This document shows, piece by piece, positions 39,940 to 49,376 of a DNA stretch of 64,000 nt. The notes below the pieces were generated by a model. It did not search any database. It was given only the letters and a program-made list of their open reading frames with translations, and was not told the DNA's origin. How positions within the stretch are numbered: the stretch's first letter is position 1; each line of letters begins with the position of its first letter. The stretch lies in contig JAQTTQ010000002.1 of NCBI GenBank assembly GCA_028710685.1, positions 33,416 through 97,415 on the forward strand, written 5' to 3'. The position numbers and the translations under genes are program-made. This DNA comes from Candidatus Omnitrophota bacterium. GTDB lineage: Bacteria > Omnitrophota > Gorgyraeia > Gygaellales > Profunditerraquicolaceae.

Positions 39940-41577
39940 ATGAAAGAAAATATTCAGGAAGAAATAATCAAATTAATAAAATTATCTTTAGTTAACTTAA
40001 AGATTGACCCTGCTTTATGTGGTGATTTACGTTTAGACTCTCCGCAGGATATTAAATTCGGAGATTTCTCTACTAATATCGCTATGCGTTTAAGCAAGGC
40101 CTTAAAGATGGCTGCGGGGAGAATAGCCCTTAATATCTTAGAGGGTATTGATGTCCACCTTAAAAAAACAAGCCTGAAGGATTATATTAAAGAGGTGAAG
40201 ATTGAAGGCGCAGGTTTCATCAATTTCTACCTTAGCGACAGGTATCTCTACGAAGAGTTAAGTGGTATATTAAGCAGGAATGTTGCGGCCTTACGTACCA
40301 ATATGGGGGAGGGTAAGCCGGTATTGATAGAGTTTGTAAGCGCAAACCCTACGGGTTCTCTTTCGGTTGCTCATGCCAGGCAGGCGGCAGTAGGGGATGC
40401 GTTAGCAAAAATTCTTGTTTTCTTAGGTTTCGAGGTTAAAAAGGAATATTATTTAAATGATGAAGGCAACCAAATCGATATATTGGGCAAGTCAGTCTCC
40501 TTAAGAATAAAAGAGTTATCTAATGAGAGAATAGAATTCCCTGAGAATTATTACCAGGGTGAATATATCTATACTATAGCCAGGGAAGCTATAGCTCAAG
40601 GGGTAGATGATTCTGCCTTGGGTGATTTTGCGGCAGAATATATTTTAGGCCTGATTAAGAAAGATCTGGTGGATTTTGGAGTAGATTTTGATTATTGGTA
40701 TTCGCAGAAAGAATTGGCTAAAAGCGGCAAGATCGAGAAGGCCTTTGATTTATTAAAGAAGAAGGAATTTTTATACGATAAGGAAGGGGCTTTATGGTTT
40801 AGGTCTACGTCTTTCGGGGATGATAAAGACAGGGTGGTTATAAAAAGCGACGGCTCTTATACCTATCTTGCTCCGGATATTGCATATCATGACGATAAGT
40901 ATAAGCGGGGGTTTAAGTGGCTAATAAACCTTTGGGGCCCGGATCACCACGGCTATATCGCCAGGCTTAAGGCATCCGTAGAGGCCTTTGGCAGGGATGC
41001 CAATTCCCTCTCTATCTTGATAGTTCAGCTGGCTACTATTTTCAGGGAAGGAAAACCCGTTCAAATGTCCACCCGAAGGGGAGAATACATAACCTTAAGA
41101 GAGGTTCTGGATGAAGTAGGCAAGGATGCCTCCAGGTTCTTTTTTATGTCGCGGCGCATCTCAAGCCATCTTGATTTTGATTTAGATGTGGCTAAGAAAG
41201 AAACCGCGGAAAATCCGGTCTATTACGTGCAGTATGCTTATGCCCGTATCTGTAGTATTTTGCGTAACGATACGGTAAAATTGGATAAGAATGCTAATCT
41301 TGCATTGCTTAAGGAAGCCGAAGAGGTATTCCTAATTAAGAGACTGCTCAAGCTCCCTTATGTATTGAATGCCTGCTTGAATACCCAGGATCCTTATATG
41401 CTGACTGTTTATTTACAGGAAGTTGCCGAAGCCTTCCACAAATTCTACGATTTGCACCGGGTTTTAACCGATGATGAGGCCCTTTCTAAGGCCAGGCTTG
41501 CCCTTATCGAAGGAGTAAGTATAGTTATCGCTACGGGTTTGGATTTACTGGGTATCTCTAAACCTGATAAAATGTAG
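39940..41577 (+). CDS. argS: Arginyl-tRNA synthetase
   Basis: 545 aa; class I HIGH-region variant (SANPTGSLSVAHAR) and a C-terminal DALR-type anticodon-binding domain. Confidence 0.9.
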   Translation: MKENIQEEIIKLIKLSLVNLKIDPALCGDLRLDSPQDIKFGDFSTNIAMRLSKALKMAAGRIALNILEGIDVHLKKTSLKDYIKEVKIEGAGFINFYLSDRYLYEELSGILSRNVAALRTNMGEGKPVLIEFVSANPTGSLSVAHARQAAVGDALAKILVFLGFEVKKEYYLNDEGNQIDILGKSVSLRIKELSNERIEFPENYYQGEYIYTIAREAIAQGVDDSALGDFAAEYILGLIKKDLVDFGVDFDYWYSQKELAKSGKIEKAFDLLKKKEFLYDKEGALWFRSTSFGDDKDRVVIKSDGSYTYLAPDIAYHDDKYKRGFKWLINLWGPDHHGYIARLKASVEAFGRDANSLSILIVQLATIFREGKPVQMSTRRGEYITLREVLDEVGKDASRFFFMSRRISSHLDFDLDVAKKETAENPVYYVQYAYARICSILRNDTVKLDKNANLALLKEAEEVFLIKRLLKLPYVLNACLNTQDPYMLTVYLQEVAEAFHKFYDLHRVLTDDEALSKARLALIEGVSIVIATGLDLLGISKPDKM

Positions 41578-41580
41578 TCT

Positions 41581-43269
41581 ATGCATGCCCATAAGATACT
41601 CAATCTCCCGCTTCTTAATCCATCCCTCCAGGAGAAAATAAGTAAAGAGTTAAAGATTTCCGGGATTACCTCCCAGGTTTTGATTAACCGGGGCATTTCT
41701 TCCGTTTCTCAGGCCGATGAATTCTTGAATGCAGGTTTCAGGCAGATGCTCGACCCTTTTTCATTCCCCGACATGAAGAAGTCGGTTGAGCGGATCAAGC
41801 AGGCGGCAAGAAATAAGGAAAAGGTTATGATTTTCGGCGACTATGATGTTGACGGCATAACTAGCGTGGCACTCCTGCACAACAGCCTAAAGAAGCTGGG
41901 CATATTCACAGAATATTATATGCCGCATCGGATTAAGGAGGGGTATGGTTTAAGCAAAGACATTCTATCTATTGCTAAGGCAGGCGGGGTAGGGCTATTA
42001 ATTACCGTAGATTGCGGGATAGGCAATATGCGCCAGATCCATGAGCTAAAGAAGAATAATATCGATACTATTATAACTGATCATCACCAGCCATTTGGTC
42101 ATGACCTGCCTTGCGCGGTAGGTATAATTAATCCTAAGGTCAATGCCAGCCCGTATAAATACCGTGATTTAGCCGGGGTAGGGGTTGCTTTTAAATTATG
42201 CCAGGCTCTTTCGGGTTCTAGCCTGATTGATGAACTTGATTTAGTTGCTATAGGGACTGTGGCTGATGTAGTGCCTTTAACCGGAGAAAACCGCATAATT
42301 GTCAAAGAGGGCCTCAAGGTTATCTCTAAGGCTAGAAGGCCCGGACTTAAAGCCCTTATAAATAAAGCCGGTATACGCGGCAATAAGTTTAATCCTGCTT
42401 TCATCAGTTTTATTCTTGCCCCCCGCCTGAATGCCTCCGGGCGCATTGGTTCTGCCCAGGACTCTTTAAACCTTTTACTCAGCAGCGATGATGAAAAGGC
42501 GCAGGAGTTAGCTGATCTCCTTGAGCAGCATAACCGTGCGCGTCAGCGTTTAGAGAGCAGGATAATGGAGGAGGCGGAGGCAATTATTAATAAGGACGTG
42601 AATTTTAAAGAGCATAAGGTTATAGTGGTAGCTAAAGAAAATTGGCATCAGGGCGTTTTAGGTATTGTTGCCTCGAAGTTGGCAGACCGGTTTTATCGTC
42701 CGGCGATAGTTATCTCTTTAAGCGAGAAAATGTGCAAGGGTTCCGCGCGTTCTATAAAAAACTTCCATCTTTTTAATGCCCTCGGGGAATGCAGCCGGTT
42801 TCTGGATGGATTCGGAGGGCATGCCCATGCGGCAGGGCTTACTATTACCCGTGAGAGCATAGATGATTTTAGGGATAGCATAAATAGGCTTGCCCACAAG
42901 CAATTATCACTGGAAGACCTTTTGCCGAGTTTAGATATTGATATGGAGCTGGGACTTTCGGATTTAGAGGAAAAGGCAGTGGGGGAACTTGAGAAGCTTG
43001 CCCCTTTTGGAGTGGGAAACAGGGAGCCTTTATTTCTTACGCGGAAACTTAAGTTAAAGGGTGAGCCCAGGGATTTAGCGCGCGAGACATTGAAATTTTA
43101 CGTTAGCGATGGTTGTTATACCAGAGAGGTGATTGGTTTTGGCATGCGGGCATTAAAGAACAGCCTTAAAGAAGCGGAAGCTTTTGATATGGTCTATACT
43201 GCGCGTATGGATAACTGGTTGAATGAGGCCTCGGTTATTTTAGAGGCAAAGGATATATTCTTCAGGTAG
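41581..43269 (+). CDS. recJ: Single-stranded-DNA-specific exonuclease RecJ
   Basis: DHH motifs (IFGDYDVDGITS, ITDHHQP) plus a DHHA1 domain. Confidence 0.9.
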   Translation: MHAHKILNLPLLNPSLQEKISKELKISGITSQVLINRGISSVSQADEFLNAGFRQMLDPFSFPDMKKSVERIKQAARNKEKVMIFGDYDVDGITSVALLHNSLKKLGIFTEYYMPHRIKEGYGLSKDILSIAKAGGVGLLITVDCGIGNMRQIHELKKNNIDTIITDHHQPFGHDLPCAVGIINPKVNASPYKYRDLAGVGVAFKLCQALSGSSLIDELDLVAIGTVADVVPLTGENRIIVKEGLKVISKARRPGLKALINKAGIRGNKFNPAFISFILAPRLNASGRIGSAQDSLNLLLSSDDEKAQELADLLEQHNRARQRLESRIMEEAEAIINKDVNFKEHKVIVVAKENWHQGVLGIVASKLADRFYRPAIVISLSEKMCKGSARSIKNFHLFNALGECSRFLDGFGGHAHAAGLTITRESIDDFRDSINRLAHKQLSLEDLLPSLDIDMELGLSDLEEKAVGELEKLAPFGVGNREPLFLTRKLKLKGEPRDLARETLKFYVSDGCYTREVIGFGMRALKNSLKEAEAFDMVYTARMDNWLNEASVILEAKDIFFR

Positions 43270-43274
43270 AGGGT

Positions 43275-43502
43275 TTAGGCCTTTTTAATATTGCCTTTTT
43301 TGATGCATTTGGCGCAGACGTAGACTTTTCTTGGGTGTCCGTCGATAATAATACGCATCTTCTGCAGGTTAGGGAAGAATTTTCGCATAGTCCAGCGGCT
43401 GATCTTAGAGCCAGTGCCGCCCTTTGCTTTATACTGTCCTTTACGGGTAACGGTTTTTCCTTTGAGTTCGCCTTTTTTACATATAGCACATTTTTTAAGC
43501 AT
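43275..43502 (-). CDS. rpmB: 50S ribosomal protein L28
   Basis: 75 aa: C..C ..FFPNLQKMRIIIDG..KVYVCAKCIK, the zinc-ribbon form of bL28. Confidence 0.8.
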   Translation of the reverse strand: MLKKCAICKKGELKGKTVTRKGQYKAKGGTGSKISRWTMRKFFPNLQKMRIIIDGHPRKVYVCAKCIKKGNIKKA

Positions 43503-43575
43503 TTATTTACTCCTTAATTATTAATTAAATAAGTATACTTGAATTTAGGATATTGTCAAGATAGAATATACAAAG

Positions 43576-46482
43576 ATGAATGACAAAATACTAGATAGCT
43601 TAAATGATGAACAGCTGAAGGCGGTAACCCATAGAGAGGGGCCGTTATTGATTATTGCCGGTGCCGGTACCGGCAAAACCCGCGTTATCAGCCGCAGAAT
43701 TTCTTGGCTTATTGCTGAAGGATTAGCCAAGACCGATGAGATATTGGCGCTTACCTTTACGGATAAGGCAGCCCGGGAGATGCAGGAGCGCGTGGATATA
43801 TTACTCCCCTACGGGTATACCGATATTTGGATATCTACTTTTCATGCCTTTGGCGATAAGCTTCTTCGGGAGAATGCGTTTATAGCCGGGCTTAACCCCG
43901 ATTTTAAGGTTTTAACACAGGCGGAATCAGCGGTTTTCTTCCGTGAGCACCTCTTTGAATTTAACCTGAGCTATTTCCGCCCATTGGCTGAGCCTACTCG
44001 TTTTATTGAAGCGATGATTTCTTTTTTTAGCCGCGCTAAGGATGAGGATATCTCTCCGGAAGAATATTTCAGATACGCTCAAGAATTTGCTGTTAGGGCT
44101 CAGGAGAATAAGGATGATGCGGCTATTCAGGAGGAGGCGCAGCTGCAGATGGAGGTTGCCCGGGCTTATATAAAATATCAGGAATTATTGGCCAGGGAAA
44201 GCCTGCTTGATTTCGGAAACCAGTTCTATATGGCCCTTGAGCTTTTACGTAAACACCCGGCAGTATTAAAAAAATACCAGGGGCAGTTTAAATACATACT
44301 GGTGGATGAGTTTCAGGATACAAATTTCGCTCAATTTCAGATTATAAAGATTTTGGCGGCGCAGTATAAGAATATTACCGTGGTTGCCGATGATGACCAG
44401 TGTATTTATCGATGGAGAGGCGCTGCCTACAGTAATATTCTTAATTTTGACAGGGAATTTCCTAACGCTGAGAAGATAAGCCTGATTCAGAATTACCGCT
44501 CAACCCAGCCGATATTGGATTCGGCCTACAGGCTCATCCAGAGCAATAATCCGGAGCGTTTTGAGGTAAAGGCTAATATTAATAAACGTTTATCCGGGGT
44601 AGCTAAAGAAGGCAGGCTGCCGCAGCATCTGCATTTCGATACCCTTTCTACTGAAGCTGATAATGTGGCAAAGATAATAAAGGATAAGGTGGCAAGTAAA
44701 GTTTTCAGGTACCGGGACTTTGCAATATTGGTACGTTCCAATTCCGATGCGGAAAGTTTCCTGCAGGCGTTGAATATGCAGAGTATCCCTTGGCAGTTTA
44801 GCGGTAACCAGGGCCTTTATACCAGGGAAGAGGTGCGCTTGTGCATAAATTTCCTACGCGTGATTGCCAATCCCTCCGATTCTTTAAGCCTATATTATCT
44901 GGCAAGCTGCGAAATTTATCCTATAAAACTTAGCGATCTTTCCCTTTGCAGCCATTACGCCCGGCGCCGGAATAAATCTTTATATTCTGTCTTTACGGAG
45001 ATAGGTTCCATTGCGGAGCTTGAGTCAGTCAGCCCGGAGTCAAAAGAGATGATCGCCGGACTTTTAAGCGATATTGACAGGTACCTTAATATTAGCCGCA
45101 GAGAAACTACCGGCAGGCTTTTATATGCCTTTCTTTCCGATTCGGGATATTTAAAGAGGTTGACCGGCAAGCAAAGCCTTGAGAATGAGTCTAAAATCCA
45201 GAATCTGGCTAAGTTTTTTAACCATGTACGTGATTTTGAATTGGTTGCTAAAGAAGACCGGGTAATGATTTTTGTAAATTACCTTAATCTTCTAATCGAG
45301 GCAGGAGATGACCCTCCTACGGTTGAGGCGGATTTAGATTCCGATGCGGTCAATGTGCTTACGATACATAAGGCCAAGGGCCTTGAATTTAGGGTTGTTT
45401 TCTTAGTCAGCCTGGTGCAGGGGCGTTTCCCCTGGCCACGCAGGAGCGGCGGTATTGAATTACCCGATCTTTTGATAAAGGAGGTTTTACCTACCGGAGA
45501 TTTTCATATACAGGAAGAGCGCCGGCTTTTTTATGTAGGTATGACCAGGGCAAAAGAAGAGCTCTATTTAACCAGCGCGGAAGATTACGGAGGAAAGCGA
45601 TTGCGCAAGGTTAGCCAGTTTGTCTTAGAGGCATTAGGCCAAGAGGTTAAGGATAAAGATAAAAAGAAGGTAAGCGCGATAGAGGCTATTGAGCGCTTTG
45701 CCCCCAGAAAGGAATCGGTTAAAATTAAAGAGAAGCTGCAGGCTAAGCCGATAGCGCTCTATTATTACCAGATTGACGATTATAAAACCTGCCCTTTGAA
45801 ATATAAATATGTGAATATTCTTCGCGTTCCCATAATGGAACACCATACGGTTATCTATGGCCGGGCAATGCACGATGCGGTAAGTAAATATTATCAGTAT
45901 AGAATGTCCGGCAGGAATATGTCTCTGGCCGATATACTTAATGCCTTCAGGGTTAGTTTTGATCCGCAGGGTTTTATCGATTTAAAGCATCAAGAAGAAC
46001 GCCTTTGTGTGGGAGAGGCAGCCTTAACCAGATTTTTTAAGGATGAGCAAAGGCGCAAGGTTAGCCCGAAGCTTATCGAAGAGCCTTTTAATTTCAAATT
46101 TAAAGATATAAAGATTACCGGGCGTTTTGACCGGGTGGATGAAGAGCCTGAAGGCGCTGTGATTATGGATTTTAAGACCTCGGAAATAAAACATCAGAAA
46201 GATGCCGATAAGCGCGTAAAGACAAGCAGTCAGCTTAGGCTTTATTCGCTTGCCTATCAGAGTATCTTCGGCAGGCTGCCTAAGAGAGTTGCTTTGTATT
46301 TCCTGGAGTCAGGTATTATCGGATCAAGGGAGATATCCGAGGAAGATTTAGATGAAATAAAAGAAGACATTGTTGAGGTTGCCCAGGGCATAGGTAATGA
46401 AGATTTCAAGGCCACGCCTGCCTATATGGCCTGCGCCTATTGCGCCTATAATCAAATTTGCCCTTCGGCAAAAATACGCTAA
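43576..46482 (+). CDS. UvrD/PcrA-type SF1 helicase fused to a C-terminal Cas4/AddB-like PD-(D/E)xK nuclease with a 4-Cys FeS site
   Basis: N-term LNDEQLKAV..IIAGAGTGKTRV (Walker A) and motifs through VVFLVSLVQG/YVGMTRAKEEL. C-term YKTCPLKY .. GRFDRVD .. IMDFKTSE .. QLRLYSLAY .. CAYCAYNQIC. Confidence 0.8.
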   Translation: MNDKILDSLNDEQLKAVTHREGPLLIIAGAGTGKTRVISRRISWLIAEGLAKTDEILALTFTDKAAREMQERVDILLPYGYTDIWISTFHAFGDKLLRENAFIAGLNPDFKVLTQAESAVFFREHLFEFNLSYFRPLAEPTRFIEAMISFFSRAKDEDISPEEYFRYAQEFAVRAQENKDDAAIQEEAQLQMEVARAYIKYQELLARESLLDFGNQFYMALELLRKHPAVLKKYQGQFKYILVDEFQDTNFAQFQIIKILAAQYKNITVVADDDQCIYRWRGAAYSNILNFDREFPNAEKISLIQNYRSTQPILDSAYRLIQSNNPERFEVKANINKRLSGVAKEGRLPQHLHFDTLSTEADNVAKIIKDKVASKVFRYRDFAILVRSNSDAESFLQALNMQSIPWQFSGNQGLYTREEVRLCINFLRVIANPSDSLSLYYLASCEIYPIKLSDLSLCSHYARRRNKSLYSVFTEIGSIAELESVSPESKEMIAGLLSDIDRYLNISRRETTGRLLYAFLSDSGYLKRLTGKQSLENESKIQNLAKFFNHVRDFELVAKEDRVMIFVNYLNLLIEAGDDPPTVEADLDSDAVNVLTIHKAKGLEFRVVFLVSLVQGRFPWPRRSGGIELPDLLIKEVLPTGDFHIQEERRLFYVGMTRAKEELYLTSAEDYGGKRLRKVSQFVLEALGQEVKDKDKKKVSAIEAIERFAPRKESVKIKEKLQAKPIALYYYQIDDYKTCPLKYKYVNILRVPIMEHHTVIYGRAMHDAVSKYYQYRMSGRNMSLADILNAFRVSFDPQGFIDLKHQEERLCVGEAALTRFFKDEQRRKVSPKLIEEPFNFKFKDIKITGRFDRVDEEPEGAVIMDFKTSEIKHQKDADKRVKTSSQLRLYSLAYQSIFGRLPKRVALYFLESGIIGSREISEEDLDEIKEDIVEVAQGIGNEDFKATPAYMACAYCAYNQICPSAKIR

Positions 46483-46661
46483 GGATTATTTACATGGATG
46501 CTAAGATCGGGCATTTGAAGGTTAGCATTTTTAAGATTAGAAACCGTTTAGGTTACGCGGCTCTTTGCTGTGACCACCTGACTGAGGGTAAAACTCCTAA
46601 AGAGGCCTACGAGCGCATGGTTAAGGCCTTACGCAGAAGCAGCCGTAAAGAGACGGTTTGA
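46458..46661 (+). CDS. HicB-like / UPF0150-family small protein (orphan, no HicA partner)
   Basis: ..LRIIYMDAKIGHLKVSIFKI..GYAALCCDHLTEGKTPKEAYERMVKAL matches the HicB N-domain pattern (..PDLPGCVTQGDTLEEALENAKEAL). An alternative start lies at 46494. Confidence 0.5.
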   Translation: MPFGKNTLRIIYMDAKIGHLKVSIFKIRNRLGYAALCCDHLTEGKTPKEAYERMVKALRRSSRKETV

Positions 46662-46747
46662 GCCCGGGGATATAAATAAAGAAAATTATTGTTGTACAAT
46701 CTACCTTTTAGTTATACAATATCAATCTAAAGAAAAAAGGAGAAAAA

Positions 46748-46909
46748 ATGGTTGAGCGTAGTGAGTTTAAGGGTAAGCCGGTTCTAGTGATTAAAAGGGA
46801 TGAAAATGATCAGTACCCATTTTCATTCGGCCTGAGCAAGGCTAAGCTGATCTTAGAGAATATTGAGGAAATCAAAACCTTTGTGTCGGAGTCTGAGGGC
46901 AAGCAATAA
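46748..46909 (+). CDS. Small hypothetical protein (53 aa)
   Basis: ATG preceded by AAAAGGAG. MVERSEFKGKPVLVIKRDENDQYPFSFGLSKAKLILENIEEIKTFVSESEGKQ. It has its own TTGTAC-17-TACAAT promoter-like element at about 46693-46721. No family recognised. Confidence 0.45.
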   Translation: MVERSEFKGKPVLVIKRDENDQYPFSFGLSKAKLILENIEEIKTFVSESEGKQ

Positions 46910-46931
46910 ATCAAAAATAATATTTGTTCTG

Positions 46932-46960
46932 TTGACTTAAGGTTAAAATTGACATATAAT
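46932..46960 (+). promoter_or_regulatory. Sigma70-like promoter TTGACT-17-TATAAT for rpsO
   Basis: Consensus hexamers about 30 nt upstream of the rpsO RBS (AAGAGGAGG). Confidence 0.5.
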
Positions 46961-46990
46961 AATAAAGAATTTAAGAGGAGGTGAGCAGTT

Positions 46991-47260
46991 TTGGTTTTAG
47001 TAAAGGAAGATAAGGCAAAGATTATCGATAATTTTAAGGTCCACGCCAGGGATACAGGTTCAGCTGAGGTCCAGATAGCGATATTAACCGAGAGGATTAA
47101 TCTCCTAGGGGAACATTTTAAACTCCACAAGAAAGATTTCCATTCCCGCCGCGGTTTGCTTACCTTGGTAGGTACGCGCCGTAGGCTCCTCAACTATCTC
47201 AAGAGTAAGGATACCAAGAAATACGAAGAGGTTCTGGCCAAGCTTCACTTGAGAAAGTAA
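46991..47260 (+). CDS. rpsO: 30S ribosomal protein S15
   Basis: 89 aa in the S15 family (..[29 protein letters not shown]..); TTG start. Confidence 0.9.
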   Translation: MVLVKEDKAKIIDNFKVHARDTGSAEVQIAILTERINLLGEHFKLHKKDFHSRRGLLTLVGTRRRLLNYLKSKDTKKYEEVLAKLHLRK

Positions 47261-47284
47261 AATAAAGGACTAATTATAAATAAA

Positions 47285-49354
47285 ATGAGCGATAACAGTC
47301 TGAAAATAAAGTTTGCAGAGCGTGATTTAACCTTAGGGACAGGCAGGATTGCCAAACAGGCTAATGGTTCTGTAACCATAGCTTATGGCGGAACCGTTGT
47401 CTTGGCTACGGCGTGTATGTCGCGTGAAGTAAGGGAAGGGCGCGATTTCTTTCCTCTTACCGTGGAATACCAGGAGAAGACTTATGCCGCCGGAAGGATC
47501 CCCGGAGGTTTTTTTAAAAGGGAGGGAAGGCCTTCGGAGAGCGAAATTCTTACTGCGCGGCTCATTGACCGCCCTATAAGGCCGCTTTTCCCAAAGGGGT
47601 TATTTAATGATGTTCAGGTAATGGCTATTGTTTTATCCAGCGATGGAGAGAATGACCCCGATGTTTTAGCGGTTAATGCAGCATCGGCGGCGCTATGTAT
47701 TTCAGATATACCTTTTAACGGCCCGCTTGCCGCCTGCCGCGTAGCTAGGGTTGAGGGGGCGTTAGTTATAAATCCTACATATGGTCAGCTGGATATCGCC
47801 GACCTAGAGGTTATTATAGTAATGAACAATAAAGGTATAGTCATGCTTGAATCAAGGGCTAAAGAGGTTTCTGAAGAGGATTATCTTAGCGCCGTAAAAT
47901 TCGGGCAGGGGCATTTAAAAGACTTGATATTGATGCAGGAAGAATTTACAAAAAGGTACGGCCGGGAAAAGAGGGCCGTTGAACTTAAAAAGATCCCTGC
48001 GGAATTAAAATCTAAGGTTACAGAGCTCTCGCGCGAAAGGCTTAAAGAGGTATACGGATTAGCTAAGAAAGAGGACCGCGAAGAGTCGGTGCATTTATTA
48101 GGTAAGGAATTGGAGGCAAAACTTACCCTTGAGGGGTATACAGTTGATCAGGTTAAGATGTCGCTTTCTGAGGTCGAAGAAGAGGAAGTAAGAAGCAAGA
48201 TACTCAGGGAGAATGTTCGTTTGGACGGCAGAGGCCTGAAAGATATTCGATTAATCACTTGTGAGGTTTCGGTTTTGCCGTGTACCCATGGCTCAAGCAT
48301 ATTTACCCGCGGCCAGACACAGAGCCTTGCGGTAACTACTCTGGGTACGGGTGAAGATGAGCAGATGGTAGAGGCTTTGGAAGGCAAGAAGTATAAGAAT
48401 TTCATGCTGCATTATAGTTTTCCGCCGTTTAGCGTCGGAGAAACCGGTCCGGTAAGGGGCCCGGGCAGAAGAGAGATCGGCCATGGCGTCTTGGCGGAAA
48501 AGTCTATCCTTGCGGTTATGCCTTCCAGGGAGAGTTTTCCTTATACCGTAAGGGTGGTTTCTGAGATCTTGGAATCTAACGGTTCTTCAAGCATGGCTAC
48601 GGTTTGTGCTGCAACATTATCCCTGATGGATGCAGGGGTGCCTATCAAGGCCCCGGTTGCCGGAATTGCCCTGGGATTAATTAAAGATAATGATAAAGAA
48701 CTTATACTTACCGATATCGCAGGTCTTGAAGACCATTTCGGAGATATGGATTTTAAGGTCGCCGGTACTACCTCTGGTATGACTGCGGTGCAGTTAGATT
48801 TAAAGATCGACGGTATATCCATAGAGTTGTTAGAGAGGTGTCTAGCTGAGGCAAAGGAAGCAAGGATGATTATTCTGGGGAAAATGAGTGCGGTCTTACC
48901 GGCTCCGCGTAATGAGCTATCCAGTTATGCCCCGCGTATCGACGTTCTCAAGATAAACACCGAGAAGATCGGCGAGCTTATCGGCCCGGGCGGAAAGAAT
49001 ATAAAGGCTATAATAGCCTCTACGGGCGCAAGCGTGGATATAAAGGATGACGGTACTGTATTGGTGGGTTCTAGTGACGCTGCTAAATCAGAGGCGGCGA
49101 TAAAGATGATTAAGGCAATAACCGATGATGTAGAGGTGGGCAGAGTTTATATCGGTAAAGTAAAACGTATAATGCCCTTTGGTGTTTTCTGTGAGATTGC
49201 CCCGCGCAAAGAAGGCCTGGTCCATGTCTCTGAGCTTTCAGATAAATTCGTGAAGTCTGCGGAAGAGGTCGTAAAGATCGGCGATGAAATTAAAGTAAAA
49301 GTTATAGGCATAGACGAATTAGGCAGAATAAATTTGAGCAAGAAGCAAGCTTAA
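47285..49354 (+). CDS. pnp: Polynucleotide phosphorylase
   Basis: 689 aa: two RNase PH domains, then KH and S1 domains; rpsO-pnp is the usual linkage. Confidence 0.9.
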   Translation: MSDNSLKIKFAERDLTLGTGRIAKQANGSVTIAYGGTVVLATACMSREVREGRDFFPLTVEYQEKTYAAGRIPGGFFKREGRPSESEILTARLIDRPIRPLFPKGLFNDVQVMAIVLSSDGENDPDVLAVNAASAALCISDIPFNGPLAACRVARVEGALVINPTYGQLDIADLEVIIVMNNKGIVMLESRAKEVSEEDYLSAVKFGQGHLKDLILMQEEFTKRYGREKRAVELKKIPAELKSKVTELSRERLKEVYGLAKKEDREESVHLLGKELEAKLTLEGYTVDQVKMSLSEVEEEEVRSKILRENVRLDGRGLKDIRLITCEVSVLPCTHGSSIFTRGQTQSLAVTTLGTGEDEQMVEALEGKKYKNFMLHYSFPPFSVGETGPVRGPGRREIGHGVLAEKSILAVMPSRESFPYTVRVVSEILESNGSSSMATVCAATLSLMDAGVPIKAPVAGIALGLIKDNDKELILTDIAGLEDHFGDMDFKVAGTTSGMTAVQLDLKIDGISIELLERCLAEAKEARMIILGKMSAVLPAPRNELSSYAPRIDVLKINTEKIGELIGPGGKNIKAIIASTGASVDIKDDGTVLVGSSDAAKSEAAIKMIKAITDDVEVGRVYIGKVKRIMPFGVFCEIAPRKEGLVHVSELSDKFVKSAEEVVKIGDEIKVKVIGIDELGRINLSKKQA

Positions 49355-49376
49355 TAGAGTCTGTTTAATATAAGAA

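Noticed and set aside
43335-43517. 60-aa + strand ORF
   Set aside because: It is antisense to rpmB (L28), which is a confident zinc-ribbon r-protein match. No support for the + strand reading.
46458-46909. Possible HicAB toxin-antitoxin pair
   Set aside because: The first ORF has a HicB-like fold signature, but the downstream 53-aa ORF shows none of the HicA dsRBD-like features (no conserved His pair or GSH motif) and is separately promoted. It is therefore not called a TA module.
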